Origin: Takakia lepidozioides
Taxonomy: Eukaryota; Plantae; Bryophyta
Length of the DNA: 64,000 nt
Assembly (NCBI GenBank): GCA_030704615.1
Contig: CM060733.1
Span: 65,348,001-65,412,000, forward strand
Direction of reading: 5' to 3'
Position numbers and translations under genes: made by a program. Each line of letters starts with the position of its first letter. Position 1 is the stretch's first letter. Under the pieces are notes generated by a model. The model saw only the letters and a list, made by a program, of their open reading frames with translations. It had not been told where the DNA came from and did not search any database. Of this stretch, positions 26,733-39,457 are shown in pieces.

Positions 26733-27059
26733 TTAATGCTGACCTCTATACCACTCCCACTGTCCATTTTGCAACATCTCTACTCTACCTCCCCATGTCA
26801 CTTCTCGTGCCATGGTATTTATCTTCTCCCACCTTCCTAACTCTCTTATCCAAAGTACTATGGTTGTTCTTCCACCAGCATGTATCACTCTAAGACATAA
26901 ATCACCATCAGCTATTCTCCAAGCAGGGTTGAAGAAGTACAAACAAGGGTCTGCGTAGGCATTTGGTGAGCGTCGGCTGAAGCAAATCAGCACATCTCCA
27001 ATGCTTGGTTCATCAGGAATCAGTGTATGGTCTCTGCCTGCCATCAAACCATCCAACAC
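26733..27059 (-). CDS. Possible extra 108-aa ORF between the PBS and gag of element F
   Basis: Open sense ORF, Trp-rich, with a non-ATG start in the ORF track; no homology recognised. Confidence 0.3.
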   Translation of the reverse strand: MLDGLMAGRDHTLIPDEPSIGDVLICFSRRSPNAYADPCLYFFNPAWRIADGDLCLRVIHAGGRTTIVLWIRELGRWEKINTMAREVTWGGRVEMLQNGQWEWYRGQH

Positions 27060-27100
27060 AAATCAAGATCCCTAGCTAGTAGATATCACGATTTAACGAA

Positions 27101-27112
27101 GCTCTGATACCA
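27101..27112 (-). promoter_or_regulatory. Primer binding site complementary to tRNA-iMet
   Basis: TGGTATCAGAGC on the minus strand. Confidence 0.9.
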
Positions 27113-27794
27113 AAAGAAGGGGCGTGAATCCCCTTCTGGGTGATTCTAATCTGTACTCCTCCTCAGTTGAAGGCAAAGCAAAAGGAAGGAACGTTCTAGT
27201 GATCCAACCATCTTCACATGGCTGTGGATTTCCCTTAGTTCGTTCGTGATCAGAGTTCATGCAATCCTCATCCACGCCGCAGCGGAAGAGAAGACATGGA
27301 TGGGGAGTTTTGAATTGTTCTTGGTCTTGGTTCTATTTTTATACAACATCCTTGCCCTATGATCACAGCGCCAACAGTGCTGCCATGATCTTTTCTGTGA
27401 TGCAACCAGCCCTATGACAGCGCTGAACACGACCCTTAATGTGAAGCTCCCTTGAGCAGTGACACGTCAGAAGCCCCCTTTTGTAATGGTGACACAGATT
27501 TAGAGGGAGGCAGCTCAGATCTGCCATGAACTGCAGGGCCACTGTCTCTTTCAGGGTTCATGTTTTCTTCATCTTATTCCCCAAATTGGCCATCCCCCAT
27601 CAACCCCTTTTACTGAGCAGCTCTCTCCCTTCCCAAATCCTTTTCTCTCTCTCTCTAATCTTGGTCTACAGGTTCCTCACTTCTTCAACAGCAGCATATC
27701 TACCATGCAATGCAATGCACAACTCAGCCAGGCATCCAGTGCACCCAGCCTTGAAATCATCCTCGGTCACACAAGGCATAACCATCCCATTCAT

Positions 27795-27797
<3 letters not shown>

Positions 27798-27835
<38 letters not shown>
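27798..27835. repeat. (CT)n microsatellite
   Basis: Direct inspection. Confidence 0.97.
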
Positions 27836-27838
<3 letters not shown>

Positions 27839-29359
27839 AATGACCAGCCCTTCACACTACCTTTTTCCAAAAGAAGCCATTGCCCAAACAGCTCTCAGCC
27901 TTTCTATAGGTTTCAACCAAATACCCCAACAGGCCTCTTTTCCCTTCAACTATGAACCTCAGTTGTTCATACCCTGAGACCATGCTGGAAACTAGTTCCA
28001 AAAGAAAAACAAATCAGTGCGGTGTTGCCTCCCCTTCCACATTATCCTTTCTCTGTTTTCAACAGTTCTAACTAACCCTCACTGGTGTTTTCAATCAGCC
28101 AAGCTAGGCCTACATTGGTTCCAGTGTATCAATACCCAGGGCAGCATTGTGTGTAGGTTCATAACACTGAAACAAAGAACAAGAATGAAGATAAACAGTG
28201 ACCATTCTGATTCAGTGACAAGCAGTCTCTCCACCACTCATTTCTCCTACTGACACTATAACATCAGGTGCATCCATCCTTTCCCTATCCTGGTTTGAAG
28301 TTTCAGAGTCTCCATTCCATTTCCAAAACCTTTTCCTCCATCACATATCTCTACCTCCTTCTCCTCTACATAGAGCCAGTCCTAAATCCACACCAAAACA
28401 ATTTCTAAGTCACCACTCCCCCAAAAACCGAAGCCCACAGTCTACGAACTTATCTGTTTTATCCTCCAGCGAAGCGGTGGATCTGCCAGCCAAGATGGCA
28501 CCTCACCATCGCCTGTCAGCAGCCACTTCAACCTATTATCCTTGTCTTGATTCCAGTATTTATCATGCCATGATGGCTCCTCTTCATCCTATGGAACATC
28601 CTGTGGCTTGCCAACTAAATACTCTATCCTTCTATGCGTGCAATTCTTCCCTAAGAATTGATATGGTCCTATAGTAAGATGACACAAAAGCAGCTATAAG
28701 CTTTGATTACAGATAACCTGAGTTGCCATCCAGCCAGCACTTCACATGCCTCATCCCCTCCATTGATTGTGCCCACAACTCACTTCCTTGTGCTTCCGAC
28801 AGCTGGCCGTTTTCCTTGCTTGCTCATCTGCCCATAACTGTTTTCTTCAAGGCAATGGCGACAGCGGTGGTGCGCCGCTCTTCTTACATGCTCCTACTCC
28901 AAGAATTGATCATCACTACGAGAGAAGCGGCACCGCTTCCCCTTACACAGAATACCAAGCAGAAGCACTTAATGCCGCTCTCAAAACCAAGCAGAGTCCC
29001 ATAGCGTAGGTACAACCTCCCACAAACAGACGGCCCTGACAACCCCACTGCTCGCAGCAGCTGCTAAGAGTGGCCCGTCATCTTCCTCTTCGTTTTCCTC
29101 AACCCGCGTTTCTAGGTAAAACACCTGGGATGAACACGTGCATCCTACGGATGAAAACGTTCATCCTACGGATGAAAATACGCATGGTCATGACTTAGCC
29201 ATTTTTATCCTGGCAAAGCATAAGCACAGTATGCCCATGAAATTACCTGTATGCAGGGATATATCCCTCCTGCAGTGTACAACGGCACTCCCGTTGTAGT
29301 GATGCAGGGTCTTAACGGTAAGACAAAATGTAATGTCACTCCCCTGCATTCACACTACA

Positions 29360-30402
29360 CTTGTACCACCATGAAGTAAATAAAGTCTTGGAGGAGTTTC
29401 ATAAGGAGTGGCTGGAGGTCATTTTGGAGAAGAGACTACCAGTAGGAAGATACTACTTGCAGGTTACTGGATGGCCTACGCTTTTCAAAGATGTAACAAG
29501 TATTGTCAGAGTTGTGATGAATTGCAGAGGCTAGGACCTTTGCAGAGATATGGGAAGATGGCTTTGCATCCGACGATGCCTACTGAACCATTTCAGAAAT
29601 GGGGTTGGACCAATTAACCCACCGGCCAAGAATACACAGAACAAGTACATAATTACAGCCACTGATTATACTACAAAGTGGGTGGAGGCTAAAGCTCTGA
29701 GGGACAACACAGCCAAGTCCACAGCAAGGTTCCTGTATGAGAACATACTTACACGATTTGGCTGTCCCTTGGAATTTATCAGTGACCAGGGAAGTCACTG
29801 CATTAATGAGACCATTGAACTATTGACTAAAGAGTTCATGATTGTGCATAGGAAGAGTACAACGTATTACCCACAAGGTAATGGGCAGGCAGAGGCTACC
29901 AACAAAATACTATGTATTATCTTGGCTAAGATAGTCAATGCAAACAGAACGGATTGGGATACAAAGCTGCTGACAGCTTTGTGGTCATATAGGACTTCAT
30001 ATAAAGTCACCACTAAGTATACACCATTCCAATTAGCTTATGGTATGGAAGCTTTACTTCCAGTGGAATTCTTGTTACCTACCATGAGAACTGAATGGGG
30101 AAAGAGAATGGAATTGGAAGATTCAATTAAGGTCAGGAAACATGAATTATACCATGTGGAAGAAGTACGTGCTGATGCAGCTGATAACATGACCAGAATT
30201 CAGATGAAGAGGAAGGAACAGTTTGATGAAGGCAAATTAAAGACTTTTAAGACGGGAGATTTGGTTCTCTGGTTGCAGAAGAAGAGGAAGATTAAAGCTT
30301 CTAAGCTTAAATCACCATGGAAGGGACCTTATGTCATACAGATATATGATAACAACACAACCATGTTATAAACCATTAATAAAGAGATGCTGGGAAGAGT
30401 CA
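29360..30402 (+). pseudogene. Integrase fragment, family E Gypsy
   Basis: Near-identical to 39585-40635 in inverted orientation: TDYTTKWVEAKAL, SDQGSH, PQGNGQAE, WKGPY. Confidence 0.9.
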
Positions 30403-30879
30403 ACCTTAAGTCCCAAGCAGCCCTCTAACAAACCTTTAGGCTTGAAGACTTAGTGGCCACCGGGTATTATTCCCCTCTCTGCCACAGGCCTGATTGTTTG
30501 CTAAATACATCTTAAGGCGACGTGTACCTCCTTCTATCCACCCTTTATCTTAGTGCCACCTAGCTAATATTATTGTGGCCACTCTGCCCACTAAATCACC
30601 GCTGAGTCCTTTGTCTTATTTCTGCAGTATCATCCCCATGTGATGAAGAATCAACTTTTTCATTGGTGCCTTCATCGCCCTGTCATCCTGCTAGCTCGTC
30701 GTCCATCCACTAATGCCAATTAGTGATCTCATCCCTGTTTGCCATCCAATTTTTCCACCGTCCATCCGCTGATTTAATCCTGTTAACTCCAATGATAAAT
30801 CGCGATTTCATCTCCTAGCACCCCATAACCCTAACATCCTTTGTCTGTTTCTTGCATGCCTTCCGTGTTTCCCTCATCA

Positions 30880-31130
30880 CCTCCCTTCGACCTACAACAC
30901 TTGGCGAGCATCAATGATGCTCCCGCACATAACATACATGTTGACAAGGGTGTTGAGTAGTGAGTGTGCACCTGCTTTCCAGCTTCAAGTCCTTTCATCT
31001 TGATGCACTTATGCAAGAGACAGACATACGTATCTGAATCTGCTGAAATGCATCCTTGGTTTAAAGTCAGTAGAGCCTCTTTCAGTCTGCCTGCATCACA
31101 AAGCATCTTCACATGCCCATAAGTGCCAAA
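30880..31130 (-). pseudogene. PLS-class pentatricopeptide-repeat protein fragment
   Basis: LCDAGRLKEAL...DSDTYVCLLHKCIKMKGLEAGKQVH; the next frame reads TLVNMYVMCGSIIDARQV. Confidence 0.8.
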
Positions 31131-31322
31131 AGAGGCATTGTGGACTCCCTCTCTTGATCCTCTTCCAGAAGCTATGGTCATGGTTGAGGTGCCTGATTTT
31201 TATCAACTGTGCCGCTGCAGCTACTGCCTTTGGCGATGCAACCATGCACCTCTTTGCATCTGGTAATCTGATAGGCATTCACCTTGGTACAATTCCAGCT
31301 CTCAAGATGTTGCCATGGACCT

Positions 31323-34042
31323 TGTTGAGCGGCTCTTACTCACCTATCCCTTCGCTATCCGAGGTGGGAACTCCAAAATAGAAGAGTTGGATATCTCTAA
31401 GCACTCAGCCCGCTCAGAACAATCAGTCAGGACCTACAACTAATGTATCATGGAAGTGCTTCTTGTTGTATTCTTTCTTGCCTTCATGTCAGCGAATTAC
31501 CTTACTATTTATATTTAAGCATCAGATTGCTTCAGCAATCTACCATGTTCCAATCACTCATCCCTTCATTCCACAGCTTCACTCAAGTCTCTCTACACAG
31601 TGTGAGTATGGAATATGTATCAGATTATGCTCTATCAAATGTCAGGCCGAAGCCATGGTGTCCCTAGTCTGCTCTACAGTATAACTCTACGGCTTGCATG
31701 ATTCAAGCGTCAACAGTTCGCGACTCCTCCTTCACTGCACTCTCCATTCCTCAGCTCTAGATCGTCCTTCCTTTCCCGATGGCCAAGTCGTGATCCCAGA
31801 AGTGTCCTCCCTCCATTGCTACTCTGCCTTTTTCTACCTGCAAGCTGTTCTAACTAACTGTCATCCAGATAGAATACACGTTCCTGCTACCGATGTCGTT
31901 CCCACACAGTCGTTCCTTGCCTTGGTAACCGTTCCCTGCAAATGTTGTGATAGGCTGTGCCCAACTGTGTCGGCTGTGACTGGCTGTGTTGAGCTGTGTC
32001 AAGTTGTGTCGGGCTGTGACTAACTTTGTCGGGCTGTGTCAGGCTGTGATAGACTGTGATAGGCTGTGTAAGGTTGTGTCAGACTGCGACTAGCTGTGTC
32101 AAGTTGTGTCTAACTGTATAAGTCTATGACTGACTGTGTAAGCCTGTATACCACCCCTAAGGCCTGTGTTGGTCTAAGTCTACCATCCATAAGTCTGTGC
32201 AAAAATTTGGGGTACCCACAAAACCCGTAAAACTATCTAAGTCCCTGACAACCCTCTAACATTACCCCTCCCCCTCTCAAAAAGCCATGTCCTCACGGTT
32301 TACTGTTTAGGATCAGCAAACCTTTGTGAACGAGCACCCTTCTGTCGGTGAGAGTCCCGTGGAGGGCTTTGTGTGCGAGCCCGAGCCATGTCACTGGCTG
32401 GTGGAGATGACTGGTCACCAAATGGAAATGTCTGTCCTTCCTTTGGTTGATAAGGAGGTAACTTCTCTGGCATAGGAAATCCCCGCCATTTCTTCTCTAC
32501 CATCTGTAGTGCATAGTCCTCCGCCATGTCAAAATTTCCTCCATAGAACCAGTTGTATCCGAATCATCGTCCCCGCTGTTGCCTTTCGGTGCTCTGATCT
32601 TATGGGGCTTCTCGGGAATCCTGCATGGCACACAGTGTTTGCCCACCATGTCTGGAAGCTTAAATTTTAGAACTTGCATCAATCTCTTGAGAGGTGTGCC
32701 AATGACCTTAGAACAGTGTAAGTATTTCCAGGCTTCATGTCCCTTATAAAAAATATCGTCAAAGCCAAATTTTTCCTTGGCCAAACTGTCCAAAGCAAAA
32801 TGGAACCAAGAACGAAGCTGGGGATCCTTCTGCATCATGACCTTCACATCATACATATACGTATGGGGTGGAACTGAAGGTAAGATCCAATGATCCCCAG
32901 TGGAATAACTTTGAAATCTGGACTGCATCTTCTGCTGCTCAGAGTCTTTGGCACACTATTACCAGATCATGCACATTTGGTTGCTGGTGGCAACTCGGAC
33001 TAAGGTTCTTCTGAATAACCGACCCATTGAGGATCACCATTTTGAGAGGTACTGGTCTGAGGCAGGCACCATGCTGAGGAAATTAATTGCCTTCCGGAGT
33101 GTTCATGGGTACATCTATACCAAGACCAAGGAGGTACCTAGTTTGGTCATGGGCTGTGGATTATACTATGTTGCTTGTTTCATTGCACGTTATCACAAAT
33201 AACTGGACTGAATCCTTCCGAGCCATATCCATCAAAATAGGAATTTGGTTGAAGGGCATAATCATAGCCCGATTGTACTCAAGTGCAGCAGGAGTCCTAG
33301 GTGGGTTAAAAGATGCATCCCCCCAAACCTCAGATTGCTGCAGTGCCATGGTATCAACAGTGTCGACCGGCTGTGGCTGCTGTGATATGGCCGCCATTGT
33401 CCCTCCTATGGTTGGCAAGTCCTGCACCTCCGGTGATGAAGATTGGAAAATCAGAGTCCTCGCATGCAAATAAGTAGCCACCAGCTGTTCCTCAGGAACA
33501 AAGGCTCTTTTGTCAATGTTGGAGCTCAAGTCATCCACTTGAGTCTGCAGCCCTTCCACATCATCCTGCAACTCAGCTATTCTACTATAGACATTGTCTA
33601 TAGTGGTTGTGGCAATGTTTTGCATGTGCAGCCTGAGATCATTCATCTCCTCCTGGGTGAGCTTCCTTGGTGCCTTCCCTTCTACCGGCCCTTGCGTTAA
33701 CCACACTTGCATAAGATGATTATCCACCAAGTTCTGTGTAGCACCCCGAAGAGCCTGCTCCTCCTTGAGTCTGTACATGTCCAACTGCTACTGTAAAGCC
33801 TCCATACGCTTTGCATGAGGTTCAACCAAGGTTGCATAGGCAGCAGTCAGATTGGCTTCCTTCCAAGCCTTGGTAGTCACAGAAAGCTCATTCTTTTATG
33901 ATGTGAGTGTTTGCTGCAACTGCAGGATATACCTGTCCTTCTCAGCCTCAATCCGACTGTACTATTGAAAGGTATCCTCATTGCAACGAATAGTAGCCTT
34001 CAAGTCAGCAATGAGTTTTCCCTGCTCGACTAACTCGGCCTC
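31323..34042 (-). mobile_element. Family E Gypsy, 3' LTR plus degenerate 3' extra ORF; interrupted at 34043
   Basis: LTR 31323-32261, PPT 32262-32278; ORF remnants paralogous to 35081-36800. Confidence 0.85.
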
Positions 34043-35080
34043 TGTCGCGGGGCTTTTACTCACCCATCCCTTCGCTATCCGAGGCGGAAACTCCAAAATA
34101 GAAGAGTTGGAAATCTCTAAGTATTCAGCCCGCGCAGAACAATCAGTCATGACCTACAGCTAGTGTATCATGGGGGTGTTTCCTATTCCCTTTTGGCATT
34201 CATGTTAGCTACCTTACCATTGATAATTAAGTATCAGTTTGCTTCATCAATCTATCGGATTCCATCAACTCATCCATTCATTCCACAGCTTCACTCAGAT
34301 CTCTCTACACAGTGTGATTGTATCGTATAAGTATCAGATTATGATTTATCAAGTATCAGGCCGAAGCCATTGTGTCTCTAATCTGCTTTACAATATCACT
34401 ACAGCTTTGCATATAACAAGCATCTACTAATCATCTCTCCTCCTTCACCGTGCTCTCCATCTTTGCTTCCGTTCTTACTCTCCGCCCGATCCCCTCTCTT
34501 CCCTGACCCAGAAGTCCTTTCCCTCAAGTGCTTCCAAGAATCATGCCCCAAAAAAGCCCCCTCCTCGGTCCTTGCTTCTCCCTTTACCTTCCTACCTGTG
34601 GCTCTAACTGTTTCCCTCACTAATCGTCGTCCGTGAACTAACATGTTCCATTTGCAGGTGTTGTTCCCACACAGTCGTTCCTGTCCTGCTCTCCGTTCCC
34701 TATGATCGTGACAGCTGTGTCAAGCTGTGACTGGCTGTGTGAAACTGTGACGGGCTGTGACTGGCTGTGCGACTGAGTTTGGCTGTGTCGGGCTGTGACG
34801 GGCTGTGTTGGCTGTGATGGCTGTGTCGGGCTGTGACGAGCTGTGCTGACTGTGTCTAGCTGTGTCGGCTGTGTCGGCTGTGACGACTGTGACGGGCTGT
34901 GTTGGCTGTGACGGGCCGTGTAACCCCCCTCTACAGTGCGCTGCTGTCACCCCTAAGGCTCCTATTGGTCTCAGTCTGTGCTAAAATAAGGGGTACCCTA
35001 CAGATCCCGTATAAGTGTCTAAGTCCCAGACAGTCCTCTAACATTACCCTTCCCCTCTCAAAAAGTCGTGTCCTCACGGT

Positions 35081-38000
35081 TTACTGATTGCGATTAGCAA
35101 ACCTTTGTGAGTGAGCACCTTTCTGACGTTGAGAGTTTCGTGGTGGACTGTGTGTACGAGCCCGAGGTCTGTCACTGGTTGACGGAGATGTTTGAACACT
35201 ACCTGGATAAGTGAGGCCCTCTGGAGGCTGATATCGAGGTAATCTTTCAGGCATAGGAGACCCCCGTCGCTTCTTCTCTGCCATCTGAATTGCATAGTCT
35301 TCTCCCATGTCAAAAGAATCCGCTGAAGAAACAGTTGTATCAGAATCCTCATCGCCTCTCAGGTGTTTTAATTTTCGAACTTTTTGTGGAATCCTCTGGG
35401 GCATACAATGTTGTCCTACCATGTCTGGAAGTTTATATTTTACAACTTGCTGTAACCGCTGAACAACAAAATTGGTGTAGACACTGAGTTCCTTGGCTGT
35501 CCAGGTGAGTGGGGTACCAATTACTTGTGCACCGTGCAAGTATTTCCATGCCACATGTCCCTTATAGAAAATATCATCAATGCCGAATTTGTGTTGACAA
35601 ATTGTTCCAGACCGCTTGAAACCATGAACGAATTTGAGAATCCTTTGCATCATAACTTTGCCTCATATAGGTACATATGAGGTGGTACTGAAGGTAAGAC
35701 CCAATGATCTCCACTGGAATAACCCAGAAAACGCGCTTGCATCTTGTGTTGCTCAATGTGATAACGTACCAGAAAACAAGCAGCATAGTATAACCCGCAT
35801 CCCATGACAATACTTGCTACGTCCTTGGTCTTGGTATAAATGAATCCATGTACAACTTGGAAAGCAATTAATTCCCTCAACATGGTACCTGCTTCGTGCC
35901 AGTACTGTGCAAAGTGATGATCCTCAATTGGTCGATTGTTCGGAAGAACTTTAGTCCTAGTTGCCACTGGCAGCCAAATGCGCATGATTTGGTAGTAATG
36001 TGCGAATGACTGCGGAGGACTAAATTCTTTCCAAGCCAAATCCAACATGATGGGAATTTGGTTGAAGGGCATAATCATAGCCCTACTGTACTCCCTTGCA
36101 GCTGGAGTTTTAGGTGGGTTAAAAGCAGCATTGCCCCATACCTCAGGCTGTGGTGGCTGCGGTGTGGTTGTAGTAACAATAGGTTCAGCTACTGGTACAG
36201 TGACTTGTTGTTGTGTTGGTGGTACTGGCTCTTGTATCATTGGCATTTCCTGCACCTCCTGTGCAGACTAAAAAGCCAAAGTTCTGGCTTGTAAATAAGA
36301 AGCCATTAGCTGTTCCTGAGGAATATAGACTCTTTTGTCGATGTTGAAGTGATCCTCAGTCAGTCTATCTACATCCTCCTGTAACTCTGCTATCCTACTA
36401 TAGACATTGTCTATAGTAGTTGTGGGGGCAATGTTCTGCACTTGCAGTCTGAGCTCATTCATCTCGCTTTGGGTGAGCTTTCGTGGTGCTTTGCCCTCCA
36501 CTGGCCCTTGTGCTAACCAGACCTGCATAAGGCTGTTATCACCAAGTTGCTTGTGGTTCCTCTGAGAGTGTGCTCCTCTTTTGTTTGTACACTTCTAACT
36601 GCTGTTGTAAAGCCTCCATGCGCTTCGCATGAGGTTCAACCAAATTCGCATAGGCAGCAAGTAGATTATTAGCTTCCTTCCAAGCCTTGTTAGTGACCGA
36701 GATTTCATTTCTATTGGCCATGAGCGTTTGTTGCAACTCCAGGATGTACTTCTCTTGGTCAGCTTCAACCTGCCTGTATTGCTTGAAAGTATCCTCATTG
36801 CGACAGATTGTTCTTCATATCGACAATGAGTTTCATTTGCTCAACATTCTCTTCTTCTGCCTTCGTACATTTTTCCGCTTGACTGTTTATTTCTTTGTAG
36901 ATTGGTCAAGCATAGTTGTGAATGTAGCACATTGTATCGCCATCCTGTCATGCACTGTCTGCAACTCCGTATGTAGTGCATTCACTTCTTGCAACTTGCT
37001 TTCATGCTGCACCTGCATTTGGTATAGCTGTTGCTTATGTGCTTCGTGCAACTGGTCTTGCGCGAGGCCTGCCTCAATCAATTGTTCCTTGGCCAATTGC
37101 AAAGCCGCTTCTGTATTTTCCAAGTCTGCTGCATCCTCTCTCCTCATCGACCTTGTTTGCACACTCAGTGGCTAGTCGAGCCTCAAACTCCTTCTGAGTT
37201 CCTCTCTCAAGGCTGTCAATTGGGTAGTTGGAACATGGGATTTGACATAAGTCCCCAACAAATTAAGTGTCCTGCCTATGGAACTCATCAGCATTGCCTG
37301 TTGAGGGTCATCATGGTGAGGTTGCTGCTGTTCCTCCTGATCCTCAACCGTGTGATGTCTCACGAACCATTCAGGCCATTGTCCCACCGGATTTTCTTCC
37401 TGAACCACTTCATCCATCACCGGTGCTGCAGTGTCTTGACTTCTACCTGTGGTACCTCCGACACAGGTGTGTGTATTATATGCACCTCAGGATTTCCCTT
37501 GGGCAACTGTTGCACCTCTGGAATCTCTGTCTCCTTGACCAGACCAGAATATTCATAGAGAAGGTCCCCCTTCTCAATTTCTGCCACTATCTGTTCTGTA
37601 GTTGGAATATCTAACCCTTCTTTCCAAATCAATTATTTCTGGTTGGACTGCATGGACAACTTTGTAACCTTGTGACAAGCCGATCAGCTGGCTGTGATGG
37701 CTGTGATGCTGAAGTAACTTCCTCTTCCCTCTCTGAAGGTCCTGCTTCCAGTAATAGCAGTTCTCTGTGCTGCTGTGCCCCTTCCTGCACATGAGCTTGG
37801 GAAACATTATCATGCGGAATCCGTGAAGCCAGTGGATCCGCCACTACAGTCTTTCCCCGTCTCTGCCTCTTAGTCTCGGGTTGCCCTGCTAGTCCACCCT
37901 CACTGTGTGAAGAGCCTTGCTCTTCCATTGCAGTGGTTTCTGGCTCAAACACTCCCATCTCCTTTCTTTCTTGCGCATCAAGTATGCCAGAATCAAGAAT

Positions 38001-38560
38001 TATTTGAGCAATGATTGGGCCAGACACTATGATAGGAGACTTTGCGGTAGTACCTTGTAATCTTTTCATCTCCTCCACCAGTGCGTTGTACATTATGTCC
38101 GCCCATTCTACCTCTTGTCCTTTCAGGGCTTTGAGTATTTCCTCCGTGAAGGATCTGCTCAAATACTGTTGGTTCTGTTTCATGGCAATCAGAACGTTCA
38201 ATACCTGGCCTACCTCCTTTAGCCCTGGGTACACGGCCTTGGTACAAGCATAACCCTGAGTTTTAAAGAAACTCCCTTCTTGGAATAAGTCCCCTATTTG
38301 CAGTCTTGCCCTGTGTTCCTCCACATGCACCTGACCTGCTGGCAATCGAAACAATTGCTGGAGGTATAGGGGAGTAATTACTAATTCAACTCCCTTCACC
38401 GTTGTTGTTCCTGTCCTTGGCTCAAAGTTCTGCAAAAATTGTAACATGTACTGTCTATGGTGTAATGTCCAATCTAGCTTTGCAATCCTTGCAATCTCAG
38501 CTCTTCAGTATCTGTATCGCCTGTGGGGTAGCAATCGTTTGTTTCTGCAGAATTGTGGTG
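35081..38560 (-). pseudogene. Extra sense ORFs downstream of pol (plant-transposon/Athila-ORF-like domain, coiled coil, unknown C-terminal domain)
   Basis: FLQNF...VKGVELVITPLYLQQLFRLP...VEWADIMY (37629-38447); coiled coil 36540-37160; conserved with copies at 32300-33960 and 58440-59080. Confidence 0.65.
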
Positions 38561-39457
38561 CTCTTCACCTGATTTCCTCCATTCCTCTCACTCTCTTCAT
38601 TTAGACTCACAGAAATGTTTTGGCTGTAACAACTGAAGAAATGCCTGTAGTGCACAAAGCATAAACGTATGGTTGCCACAAAAAGCTATGGGTAATTTCT
38701 TGTAAGCCTGGGGCTTGCAAGCATCGCTCAAGAGAAAAGATCCGCTCTGTGTTTCGTCCCTATGCCACTGCGTAAGTAATATTGCAAGCGTATAGTCTGT
38801 TAGTTCCTCCATAGTTTTCAAGCTATAGCATTGATGGTCTGTCCTGTCGAGACGCCCGTTACTCAGAACGACGCCGCCTCTTGCGCTTAATTTCCTCCAA
38901 TTTCTTGATCCTTTCTCTGGCTTTCTATTGGCTGTAACCGCTGTGACTGGATTTTAGATTTCATTTTCTTTAGTGGACTTTCCCTGCTGGATAGTCCACT
39001 AGGATCACACATGTGACAAGAATTTCGCTTTTCTGTACTTGCCGTTTGTTCCGTTCCCCTTTTTCCGTATTCATTAATGGGCCCGCCTTTCATCCATTTT
39101 GACGGCCGTTCTTGTCCTCTTTCTTATGACACCTGTTCTTGCACTTCCTTCTCAGCTGTGTGTCGCGCCCTGACTTCCACGTGTCTATTTTTTAAACTGG
39201 TTTCCGTCTTTTCTTCCGTCAGCCATTTTCCTGAAGTTATTGTGCGTCCACCTGTCACTGATTCTATGGATCGTGTAATCCTAGTAGGCTGTGTTGAGCT
39301 GTGACAGGCTGTGTCATACTGTGGTACGCTGTGATAGGCTGTGATGCACTGTGGTAAGCTGTGATAGGCTGTGACACGCCTGTGATAGGCTGTGTTTGCT
39401 GGGCTGTGATAGGCTGTGTCACGCTTGTTTTGCCCGCCCTGGTCATATATGCTCGGC

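Larger units (their letters stand above)
23771..27112 (-). mobile_element. Canonical Ty3/Gypsy element F (gag-PR-RT), 3'-truncated
   Basis: Gag 26071-26580; three CCHC knuckles 25840-26010; protease IDTGA; RT LDLQSGFWQI, MPFGLKNA; ends before YxDD at the junction with element D. Confidence 0.88.

Noticed and set aside
27113-29350. 5' LTR of element F and host-like ORFs
   Set aside because: No clear TG..CA boundaries, partner LTR or recognisable motifs; left unannotated.
30831-31181. Functional PPR gene
   Set aside because: Only about one repeat is present, frameshifted and flanked by TE debris.
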